NCBI GenBank assembly: GCA_905216155.1
Contig: CAJMSU010000001.1
Span: forward strand, 8,412-72,411
Direction: 5' to 3'
Origin: an uncultured bacterium
Lineage (GTDB): Bacteria > Bacillota_I > Bacilli_A > RF39 > UBA660
DNA length: 64,000 nt
Position 1 is the stretch's first letter, and each line of letters starts with the position of its first letter. Below the pieces are notes generated by a model. It worked only from the letters and a program-made list of their open reading frames with translations, had not been told where the DNA came from and searched no databases. A program made the position numbers and the translations under genes. Below are positions 44,258 to 51,888 of this stretch, piece by piece.

Positions 44258-46279
44258 ATGTCAAAAGATACCGATGAGTTAGAAAAGAAGCCAAAAAGAA
44301 GGTTTGTAATATTGTTTTTTTTAATTATTGCACTTATTACTAGTCTTTTTGCAATATATGAACTTTACTTACTTAGTTCAATAGAAACTTTAATAAGATA
44401 TATTATTATGGGATTTTTAGTCTTTATTGATTTGATTTTTATATTTAAGACTAAAAGATTTTTTAAACCTTTTAAAAAGAAAAAGAAGAAAAAGAAAAAA
44501 TCCAAGGGGATTATGTTAATTATTTTTATGATTTTATATTCGCTTGTATGTGGTTTTGTTGGTGGTGCTATATTCTATGTTTATGGTGAGGTTAGTAATA
44601 TAAATAAGGTGTATGTTACTTATTCATCTAGTTTAGTTACTATGAGTAAGAATAGTGCTGATAAAGTATCTGATATAAAAGATTATAAAATTGGTATATT
44701 AAAAGATAAAACTTCTCCTGAGGGGTATATTATTCCTCAAGAAATAATAAAAGAAAATAATTTGAATGATAATAATGAAATTAAAAAATATGATGACTAC
44801 TCTACTATGTTAGTTGATCTATATTCTGGTGAGATTGATGCAATGTTTACATCTAGTAGTTATGTATCTATGTTTTCATCAATTACTGGATATGAAAATA
44901 TTCAAACTGATACTAAAGTTATTATTACTAAAGATAAGAAAATGAAGAAGTCTGATGCTTCTATTAATGAGACAGCTTCTAGTGGTAAATCTATAAAGGA
45001 ACCTTTTACTATATTACTTATGGGAATTGATTCTACTGATGAGGTTTTAAGTAAAAATGCTATTGCTAATGGTGATACTTTAATTCTTGTAACATTTAAT
45101 CCTAAAACTTTAAATGCTACTATGATTTCTATTCCAAGAGATAGTTATGTTCCAATTGCTTGTTGGCCTAGTAAAGATGAAAATAAAATTACTCATGCTG
45201 CTGGTTATGGTACTGATTGTATGATGAATACAATAGAGGAATACTTTGATGTTAATATTGATTATTATGCAAAAATAAACTTTAAGGGACTTGTTAAATT
45301 GGTTGATGCTGTTGGTGGTGTTGATGTTGAGGTTCCTAGAAAATTATGTACTGATGACTCTTCTCGTGGTGGACAGGTTTGTATCCAAGAAGGAAAACAA
45401 CATTTAAATGGTGAGGAAGCTTTAGTTTTTGCAAGAAACAGAAAGCAACTTGCTGAGGGAGATTTTGGTAGAGCTAAACATCAACAAGAAATTGTTGTTC
45501 AACTTGTTAATAAGATGAAAGACATTACTGAGGTTTCTAAATTCATGGAAATTTTAAATACTGTATCTAATAGTATAGATACTAATTTAACTACTAAACA
45601 AATATTATCATTTTATAATATAGCTAAAGATATTGTTAAAAAGAGCTTAGCTGCTGATGATGCAGATTTAGTAAATATACAACAATTATATTTAGCTGGT
45701 AATGGACAAATGATTTATGATGAAAGAATGAGAATGGTTTTATGGGATTATGTTCCTAATAAAAATAGTAAAAAAGATATTATTAGAGCGATGAAAGAAA
45801 ACTTAGAACTTGTTGATCATAAACCTATAAAAAAATTTAGTTTTTCAGCAAACGATCCTTATGAAAAGGAAATTATTGGTGAGGGGCCATACAAAATTAG
45901 TTATACTTATAAACTATTACCAAGTTTTATTGGTGACAGTGAAAGTGCTGCTAGAAGTTATGCTAATGCTAATGGTATTAGAGTAACATTTAGAGGATCT
46001 GGTGGTCATGTTGTTAGTCAAAGTGTTCCTGCTAATAAGAGAATTGATAAAATTACTGGTAGTGTTGTATTAACTCTTTCTGGTGGTACTTCAAATAATA
46101 CTAATACTACAACACAAAAAAGCGATAAAAATGAAAATACATCTAAGGATACATCTAAAGATACATCTAAGGACACATCTAAGGATACATCTAAAGATAC
46201 ATTTGAAAAACCATCTACTCCTAGTAAAGATGATGCTACTAAACCAGGAGATGAGGGTGATACAACTGGTTCTAATTGA
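44258..46279 (+). CDS. LytR-CpsA-Psr (LCP) family glycopolymer ligase with extra domains
   Basis: LCP core FTILLMGIDS...GDTLILVTFNP...ISIPRDSYV...INFKGLVKLVDAVGGVDV. One N-terminal TM helix plus a poly-Lys tract. A PASTA-like module LPSFIGDSESAARSYANANGIRV. A TSKD x5 tail. Start at ATG 44258 (RBS ggagga). Confidence 0.85.
   Translation: MSKDTDELEKKPKRRFVILFFLIIALITSLFAIYELYLLSSIETLIRYIIMGFLVFIDLIFIFKTKRFFKPFKKKKKKKKKSKGIMLIIFMILYSLVCGFVGGAIFYVYGEVSNINKVYVTYSSSLVTMSKNSADKVSDIKDYKIGILKDKTSPEGYIIPQEIIKENNLNDNNEIKKYDDYSTMLVDLYSGEIDAMFTSSSYVSMFSSITGYENIQTDTKVIITKDKKMKKSDASINETASSGKSIKEPFTILLMGIDSTDEVLSKNAIANGDTLILVTFNPKTLNATMISIPRDSYVPIACWPSKDENKITHAAGYGTDCMMNTIEEYFDVNIDYYAKINFKGLVKLVDAVGGVDVEVPRKLCTDDSSRGGQVCIQEGKQHLNGEEALVFARNRKQLAEGDFGRAKHQQEIVVQLVNKMKDITEVSKFMEILNTVSNSIDTNLTTKQILSFYNIAKDIVKKSLAADDADLVNIQQLYLAGNGQMIYDERMRMVLWDYVPNKNSKKDIIRAMKENLELVDHKPIKKFSFSANDPYEKEIIGEGPYKISYTYKLLPSFIGDSESAARSYANANGIRVTFRGSGGHVVSQSVPANKRIDKITGSVVLTLSGGTSNNTNTTTQKSDKNENTSKDTSKDTSKDTSKDTSKDTFEKPSTPSKDDATKPGDEGDTTGSN
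46139..46202 (+). repeat. 12-bp tandem repeat x5.3 encoding (TSKD)n
   Basis: acatctaaggat / acatctaaagat / acatctaaggac units are read directly from the sequence. Confidence 0.9.
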
Positions 46280-46285
46280 TAAAAG

Positions 46286-46314
46286 GAATTTAGATTATTA
46301 AATTCTTTTTTTTT
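46286..46314 (+). terminator. Intrinsic terminator of the LCP gene
   Basis: Stem gaattta (46286..46292) / taaattc (46299..46305) with a 6-nt loop, then T9. Confidence 0.75.
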
Positions 46315-46377
46315 ATACATTTGTTGGCTATCTTTACAAAATTTTGTTTTTAAGATAATATATAATTGGTGATTTTG

Positions 46378-46941
46378 ATGAAGAAAAAAGATGATATACG
46401 TGTTTTAAAAACAAAAAAGAAATTATATGATGGATTATTATTTTTAATGAAGGATAATGCTTTTGAGGATATTAAAGTTTCTGATATTTGCATTGCTTCT
46501 AAAATTAATAGATCTACGTTTTATGATCATTTTAGTGATAAGTATGAGCTTTTATCTTCGCTTATAAAAGATTTGGAAATTGAACTTGCATCTTCTCTTG
46601 ATGATAATAATTGTTATAAATCTGAGAAAGAATATTATATGAAAATGATTGAGTTACTATTTGATCATATTAGTAATAATATTACTACTTATACAGCAAT
46701 TGTTAAGAATAACAATAATACTATCGCTAGTGACATATTTAGAAATACGTTAATTGCTGATGTAAAAAAACATATTAATAAAAATAGTAATACAAATTAT
46801 ATTCCTATAGATATTGTAACTATTTTTTATGTTAGTGCTGTTGTTAATGTATGTATTTACTATATTAGTTCTAATAATAATTATTCAAAAGATGATATCT
46901 TGAGTTATATAAATAAACTTTTACCTGATTCTTTTTATTAA
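46378..46941 (+). CDS. TetR/AcrR family transcriptional regulator
   Basis: N-terminal HTH FEDIKVSDICIASKINRSTFYDHFSDKYELL. Start set at ATG 46378 (MKKKDD). Confidence 0.8.
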   Translation: MKKKDDIRVLKTKKKLYDGLLFLMKDNAFEDIKVSDICIASKINRSTFYDHFSDKYELLSSLIKDLEIELASSLDDNNCYKSEKEYYMKMIELLFDHISNNITTYTAIVKNNNNTIASDIFRNTLIADVKKHINKNSNTNYIPIDIVTIFYVSAVVNVCIYYISSNNNYSKDDILSYINKLLPDSFY

Positions 46942-46946
46942 AAATA

Positions 46947-46980
46947 AAGAAGTTGAATTTACTACAACTTCTTATTTTTT
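46947..46980 (+). terminator. Intrinsic terminator after the TetR gene
   Basis: 9-bp stem aagaagttg (46947..46955) / caacttctt (46965..46973) with a 9-nt loop, then aTTTTTT. Confidence 0.75.
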
Positions 46981-46989
46981 TATTTTATT

Positions 46990-47524
46990 TAACTCTTCTT
47001 TATTTAATCCAGTTGATTTTCTATTATTTCTATATCAATATTATTTTCTAGTAAGTGCTTCGCAATTTTAATTTTTTCTTTTTTTATTCCCTATTTTACA
47101 CCTTTCTTAATTTCTGCTTCTTTTCCTATTTCATAATATTCTTCTTGAAGAGCCATTTCTTTATCATAACTTTCTCCAAAATATTCATCATCCATTACTT
47201 TTTCTACTTCTTCCATATACTCTTCCATTATATTTATACCTCCTCCTAACTCTTTAGAAGTTACTATATCTTTTTCTTTATTTAGACTTTCTTTGGTTAA
47301 TTTTATTTTACTTCAAAGTTCTTCATATGTTATATCTAGACAATATGATAAGAACTTGGCACCATACTTTATTCTATTATCATTATAAAACATTGTTTTG
47401 AACATAGTATCTGACATGATAGATGGTTTTTCTCCTTCTTTTATTTTTGTTATTTCTCACTGTCTTTTAATGATACTTCTAAATCATATAATAACTTATA
47501 ATTATCATTTTTAATATTTAACAT
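46990..47524 (-). pseudogene. Decayed Rpn-family locus: 24-codon leader ORF, Rpn N-terminal stub with an in-frame TGA, and a disrupted copy of the 79-aa tail gene
   Basis: Leader ORF at 47450..47524. Stub MSDTMFKTMFYNDNRIKYGAKFLSYCLDITYEEL* at 47313..47417. Tail-gene copy with ATG at 47228 and a premature TAG at 47091, followed by a frameshifted C-terminus. DNA is near-identical to 6080..6215. Confidence 0.6.
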
Positions 47525-47528
47525 ATAA

Positions 47529-47608
47529 CCTCCTATTACAAAAAAATATATTGAATAAATCTATCCAATATATTATTATCTTTTTGTTTAGGTTTTCCTT
47601 TTAATTTT
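47529..47608 (-). repeat. Conserved hairpin-terminator/RBS block, copy 2 of 3
   Basis: Near-identical to 6210..6288. The stem is 47545..47555 / 47564..47574. Confidence 0.85.
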
Positions 47609-48235
47609 TTATTTTAATTCAACAAGTGATAGTTTTTTTCCCTTATGCATAAATATTAAAGTTGCTTCTTTTTGATAATCAGAGAAATCATCACTTGTAT
47701 ATGTCCAAGATACTTTTACTTCGTATGCTTCTTTATCTGTTGTGTCACTATATGTAAATGTTGTATTATCAATACTATCTATTGTGATTTTATCTACTGT
47801 AGGCAACTTTTGTTTTCTTTGATTATAAATATTGCTTTCTACATATTTATAGTATGTATCTTCTGCATTTTTTAAGAAATTATCCAATACAGTAGAATAC
47901 ACAAAATCAGTTCCACCTACATCTGTTTTTGCAGTTTTATCGTTTAATGAATAAAAATCGTAAATAAACATTTCTGATATTTTTTTTGCATACTCTTTTT
48001 CATCTACTGGATCTTTTTTTAGTATTTTTTCTAATTCATAAAACATCTTTTTATATTCAGCACTTTTGGTATCTTTTAATTTATATCCATATCCTTTTAT
48101 TTCATGAAGTACTTTTACTTCTTTTACATTATCTTTATTAAAGAATACTTTATAACTAATAAATCCTACTATTGATAGAACTATTAAAACTAATAAAGTT
48201 ATTAATATTCTTTTTGGCTTTTTCTTTAAACGCAT
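47609..48235 (-). CDS. Hypothetical N-terminally anchored extracytoplasmic protein (208 aa), co-transcribed with ltaS
   Basis: Single TM helix (ILITLLVLIVLSIVGFISY). It starts 3 nt after the ltaS stop. Confidence 0.6.
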   Translation of the reverse strand: MRLKKKPKRILITLLVLIVLSIVGFISYKVFFNKDNVKEVKVLHEIKGYGYKLKDTKSAEYKKMFYELEKILKKDPVDEKEYAKKISEMFIYDFYSLNDKTAKTDVGGTDFVYSTVLDNFLKNAEDTYYKYVESNIYNQRKQKLPTVDKITIDSIDNTTFTYSDTTDKEAYEVKVSWTYTSDDFSDYQKEATLIFMHKGKKLSLVELK

Positions 48236-48238
48236 ATA

Positions 48239-50329
48239 CTATTTCCCCTTTTCTTGATACTTTAAAGCTTGGCTTTCATTGTTGTCTGATTTTAGTAAGT
48301 TAAATACTATCATATCATTAGATACATCTAAAAGTTTTGTTGAATATTGGTTATTTTTTTCTATTTCTTCTTCACTTATTGGCTCATCTGTTAGAGATAA
48401 ATATGCTTCTTTTTGACTATTATAATATACTTTGTTAGTTACCCAATTTCCATTAGGGAAGACTACTATATTATTATCTTTAATATTGAAGATATCATGG
48501 CCAAGGGCATATTTATTATAGAATCCAAACATGTTTCCTAAAGTAGGTTGTACATCATACATTCCCATTACATTTTTTATTTCTTTATTTAGTTTTGTAC
48601 CTTTCATATCTTTTGTCCATATAATGAATGGTACTTTTCTTCCTAATTCATATTGATATGAGTCATATTCTTTGTAGTTTGGATCTTCTGAATCTAGTGT
48701 TTTATCATTTGTTTTATCATAGTTATATAATCTGTTGTAGTCTTTTCTTGGTAATCTGGCATCATGGTCACCATAGATAATTAAAACTGTATTATCAAGT
48801 AATCCTTCTTTATCTAGATTATCAATAAATTCACCTAAAGCACCATCTGCATAATGAATTGATTTAAAATAATTACCAAGTTTTGTTCCTTCCATATATG
48901 GATAAGTAACTTCTTCCCCTGTTCCATCTTCTTTTGTTACTGTCTCTTTTAATGATACATCAAATTCTCCATATTTATCTACTTCAGAGAATGGCGTATG
49001 GTTAGTTAACATAATTAGTAAGCTATACCATTTATCATGTTTTTGACTTTCTTTTTTCATTTTTGTTATTGATTGAGTAAAGAAACTCTTGTCACTTAAA
49101 CCTAGACCAATTGTATTTTCTTTTGTTACTTCATAATCTTTTTTACTATAGAATTTGTTATATCCTAGGCTCTCATGCATTGCACGTCTATTCCAGAAAT
49201 CAGCATTATTGGCATGCATACTATATACATAATATCCTTTGTCTCTTAATAGTTTTGGTGTAGAAATATATGTTCTATCATAATATGATACAAATGCAGT
49301 ACCACTTTGTGTTGGCATAAGTGATGTAGTATTTGTAAGTTCTGAATCACTACTTGTTCCTACACTTACTTGTGAATAAAAGTTTGAGAAGAACATTCCT
49401 TCACTTGCAAGTTTATTTAGAGTTGGTGTTACTTCTTGTCCATTGAAGGATAAATTCATAGCATTTGTTTGCATACTTTCACCATGTATTACAATAACAT
49501 TTTTACCTTCAAATACATTTGTGTATTCATTTGTTTCGGCACTATCTTTTTTATCTTTAAAATAATCATTAAATTTTTTCTTTGCTTGATCATAACCAAA
49601 TAATGAATTTATTTTTGGTTGTACTGATGTTACTACATCATTAGCTTGATATATGTATATACCAAAACGCATTACTATATATTCTCTATTCCATTGTTTT
49701 ATAAATCTTGTTACATCTAGAGATGTAAGTGTTACTATAAATAAAACTAAAAAGCCTGCGCCTACTGATAAGGTTTTTAACGTTCTTTTTTTTCTTGCTT
49801 GCTTTGGTTCTATTTTTTTATAATAGTTTATTCTTTTTAATTTGTAGTTTATAAAAATCAAAATAATAGGACCAATTATGTAGATTAAATCTTTTAATTG
49901 AATGACGTTTTCTACAACAGCATCGCCTACTTCTCCTATATATTGTGTTAATGATAACATTGATACTGAGGCAAATGATGTATAAAATGTATAATATACA
50001 GAATTTATCATACATATAGCTGAGAAAAATATTTCCATTATCATAAAGTATGTAAATCTATTTTTAGGTTTAAATAAATAGCCAAATGATCCAGCTATTA
50101 TAAGAATTGCTAAATCTGCTATTATGGGTTTAATAGCAAGATAGTTCTCTAATGTGTGCATACAGAAAAATCTAAGTATAGTTGAATTAAATAGACAAGT
50201 TACAACAAAAGTTACAAATAAAATGTTATTTCTTAGATACTGCTCAACTAGTTTCTCATTTTTTACTCTTTTTAAGTATTTTTTTGTTTTATTATATACT
50301 TTTTTCACTTTACTTTTTATATTCTTCAT
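48239..50329 (-). CDS. ltaS: Lipoteichoic acid synthase family protein (LtaS; five TM helices + sulfatase-type domain)
   Basis: N-terminal polytopic region, then VIVIHGESMQ, TSLMPTQSGT and HANNADFWNRR, typical of LtaS. ATG 50329 is preferred (GAGG 9 nt upstream) over the track TTG at 50335. Confidence 0.85.
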   Translation of the reverse strand: MKNIKSKVKKVYNKTKKYLKRVKNEKLVEQYLRNNILFVTFVVTCLFNSTILRFFCMHTLENYLAIKPIIADLAILIIAGSFGYLFKPKNRFTYFMIMEIFFSAICMINSVYYTFYTSFASVSMLSLTQYIGEVGDAVVENVIQLKDLIYIIGPIILIFINYKLKRINYYKKIEPKQARKKRTLKTLSVGAGFLVLFIVTLTSLDVTRFIKQWNREYIVMRFGIYIYQANDVVTSVQPKINSLFGYDQAKKKFNDYFKDKKDSAETNEYTNVFEGKNVIVIHGESMQTNAMNLSFNGQEVTPTLNKLASEGMFFSNFYSQVSVGTSSDSELTNTTSLMPTQSGTAFVSYYDRTYISTPKLLRDKGYYVYSMHANNADFWNRRAMHESLGYNKFYSKKDYEVTKENTIGLGLSDKSFFTQSITKMKKESQKHDKWYSLLIMLTNHTPFSEVDKYGEFDVSLKETVTKEDGTGEEVTYPYMEGTKLGNYFKSIHYADGALGEFIDNLDKEGLLDNTVLIIYGDHDARLPRKDYNRLYNYDKTNDKTLDSEDPNYKEYDSYQYELGRKVPFIIWTKDMKGTKLNKEIKNVMGMYDVQPTLGNMFGFYNKYALGHDIFNIKDNNIVVFPNGNWVTNKVYYNSQKEAYLSLTDEPISEEEIEKNNQYSTKLLDVSNDMIVFNLLKSDNNESQALKYQEKGK

Positions 50330-50350
50330 TTTCAAAACCTCGCTTACTAT

Positions 50351-50379
50351 ATTATAGCAAAGTTATTTTAATTTTTCAA
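50351..50379 (-). promoter_or_regulatory. Near-consensus sigma-A promoter of ltaS
   Basis: On the minus strand: TTGAAA (50374..50379), a 17-nt spacer, then TATAAT (50351..50356). Confidence 0.65.
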
Positions 50380-50988
50380 TATCATCAAGAAGTGTTGTTT
50401 TAACTTTGAAGTGCAACAAAGTTGTATTGAAAAAGACATATGAATAATCTATATTATCTATTCGCAACAAACAGAAAGGAAAATTCATATGTCTGACATA
50501 AATAATACACTAAAAAAGAAAGAAAATCAGTATCATCATTTAACAGAAAAAGATTGAGCTACTATTCAAGCTTTAATAGAACAAAAAGACGAAAATGGTA
50601 AACGGTTATTTAATAATACTTATATAGCTAACTATCTTGGCGTTCATCGTTTTACTATTTATAGAGAAATTAAGAACAGAAAATCTTATCGATTTATGGT
50701 TAGATCTGGTAGAACTAACGAAAAACAAAATAGTATGATTAGATATTTTATTCCTAAAAAAACTTTGATAGAAAACTATTCCTGCGAAGATATCAATAAT
50801 ATCGCTAATTGGATGAATAATTATCCAAGAAAAAGTTTAAATTATAAAACTCCTCTAGAAGCTGTTCTGGAAGAGTTTAATGATAAATCTATCCTTAATA
50901 AAATTTATAAATTACAAGAAGTTGTGAATACCATTTAATTATTCATTTGTTGCACTTGACTTTTTAATTAATAATATCATCAAGAAGT
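50378..50988 (+). mobile_element. Internally deleted IS30-family remnant (579 bp) flanked by 16-bp direct repeats
   Basis: The direct repeat aatatcatcaagaagt occurs at 50378..50393 and 50973..50988. The inverted repeats are aagtgcaacaaa (50409..50420) and tttgttgcactt (50946..50957). Confidence 0.65.
50489..50938 (+). pseudogene. IS30-family transposase remnant: HTH N-terminus fused in frame to the C-terminal ~70 aa, with one in-frame TGA
   Basis: 149 codons in one frame with TGA at 50555..50557. HLTEKD*ATIQALIE...GVHRFTIYREIKN is the HTH part. It joins GRTNEKQNSMIRYFIPKKT...NNYPRKSLNYKTP, which is the IS30 C-terminus. The DDE core is missing. Confidence 0.7.
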
Positions 50989-50997
50989 TTTACGATT

Positions 50998-51022
50998 AAA
51001 AAAAAAGTATCTACTGATACTT
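50998..51022 (-). terminator. Intrinsic terminator of the yihY-like gene
   Basis: Stem aagtatc (51005..51011) / gatactt (51016..51022) with a 4-nt loop. A U9 run follows on the minus strand. Confidence 0.7.
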
Positions 51023-51881
51023 ATTTTCTGGTTAATAACATTCCTGTTCTTTCTATATCCTCTTCTTTGGTAAAACCAGCATTAAAGGCCATTCCTAATA
51101 CAAATATATATGATAATAAGTAAATCCATAATAATAGAATTATTATATTTGAAATATTACCATAAAAGACATCATATTTGGCGAATGTTCCAACATAAAA
51201 TGTAAATATTTCTGTTGATACTACCCAACTTATAGTTGTAAAAATTGCACCTTTTGTTGCTGATTTACTTCTTATTTTTTTATCTGGTGCTAACACATAT
51301 AGAAGCTTTATATTTATATAGATTATTATTATTGATAATGGATATTTTAGTATTTGATATAATCCATATAAAAAGTTAGCAAGTGATTGATTATTAGATG
51401 TTTCTTTTACTAAAGTAAAGATTGTATCACCAAATACTGGTATTAATATTATAAATAATAGTACACTTACTAATATTATTGTCATAAATATTGCTTTTAG
51501 TCTTCTTTTTAGAAAATTATCTGACTTTATTTTATATATTTCATTTGAAGTTATTATCATAGAATGGGTTCCATTAGATGCTAAAATAAAGGCTGATACA
51601 AAGAAAACTGCCATATTAAAGTTCATTACTTTAGGACTAACTATTGACAAAAGTAACTCTGAGACTGATGCAGGTATAGCACCATTAACATATTCTTGAA
51701 CCATATCTAATGGTAATTGGAATTTTGATGTTATAGCACCAATCAATGCTATTAAAGGGATAATTGATAAAACAAAGAAAAAAGCAAGTTGTCCAGGGAG
51801 AACTCTCATTTCTGGTATTAAAATTACATTCATAACTTTTTTTAAAATGTTTGTTAGTTTCTCCATTTTCATCTTACTCAT
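51021..51881 (-). CDS. YihY/BrkB family membrane protein
   Basis: 286 aa with 6 TM helices and the GQLAFFFVLSIIPLIALI motif typical of YihY. Confidence 0.75.
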   Translation of the reverse strand: MSKMKMEKLTNILKKVMNVILIPEMRVLPGQLAFFFVLSIIPLIALIGAITSKFQLPLDMVQEYVNGAIPASVSELLLSIVSPKVMNFNMAVFFVSAFILASNGTHSMIITSNEIYKIKSDNFLKRRLKAIFMTIILVSVLLFIILIPVFGDTIFTLVKETSNNQSLANFLYGLYQILKYPLSIIIIYINIKLLYVLAPDKKIRSKSATKGAIFTTISWVVSTEIFTFYVGTFAKYDVFYGNISNIIILLLWIYLLSYIFVLGMAFNAGFTKEEDIERTGMLLTRK

Positions 51882-51888
51882 CCTTCAT

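Noticed and set aside
44470-44505. Purine-rich tract encoding KKKKKKKKKSK in the LCP gene, considered as a slippage-prone phase-variation site.
   Set aside because: The tract is interrupted by G residues every few bases (aaaaagaaaaagaagaaaaagaaaaaa), so there is no long homopolymer. It more likely simply encodes a positively charged juxtamembrane segment.
46139-46202. Possible CRISPR array or other spacer-repeat structure (the 12-bp tandem repeat here, and the repeated units in the GH25 and GH73 genes).
   Set aside because: The repeats are in-frame coding repeats (TSKD units, lectin and Ig-like domains) with no unique spacers, no leader and no cas genes in the window.
46018-46320. Track ORFs 46018..46320 (-) and 46083..46301 (+) overlapping the end of the LCP gene.
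   Set aside because: These are artefacts of the 12-bp tandem repeat, which keeps several frames open. The LCP frame is continuous with recognisable domains and ends at a terminator.
47055-47249. Track ORF 47055..47249 (+), a 64-aa Phe/Ile-rich peptide.
   Set aside because: It is the antisense strand of the degenerate copy of the 79-aa tail gene. The minus strand carries the homologous reading frame and RBS.
50555-50557. Alternative genetic code (TGA=Trp, translation table 4), suggested by in-frame TGA codons in the IS30, ISLre2 and Rpn remnants.
   Set aside because: All long housekeeping genes (ligA, gatA, gatB, galE, ltaS) are intact under the standard code and encode Trp with TGG. The ISLre2 remnant also carries TAA and TAG stops. 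TGA also terminates the LCP gene (46277..46279). The host therefore uses the standard code, and the remnants are pseudogenes.
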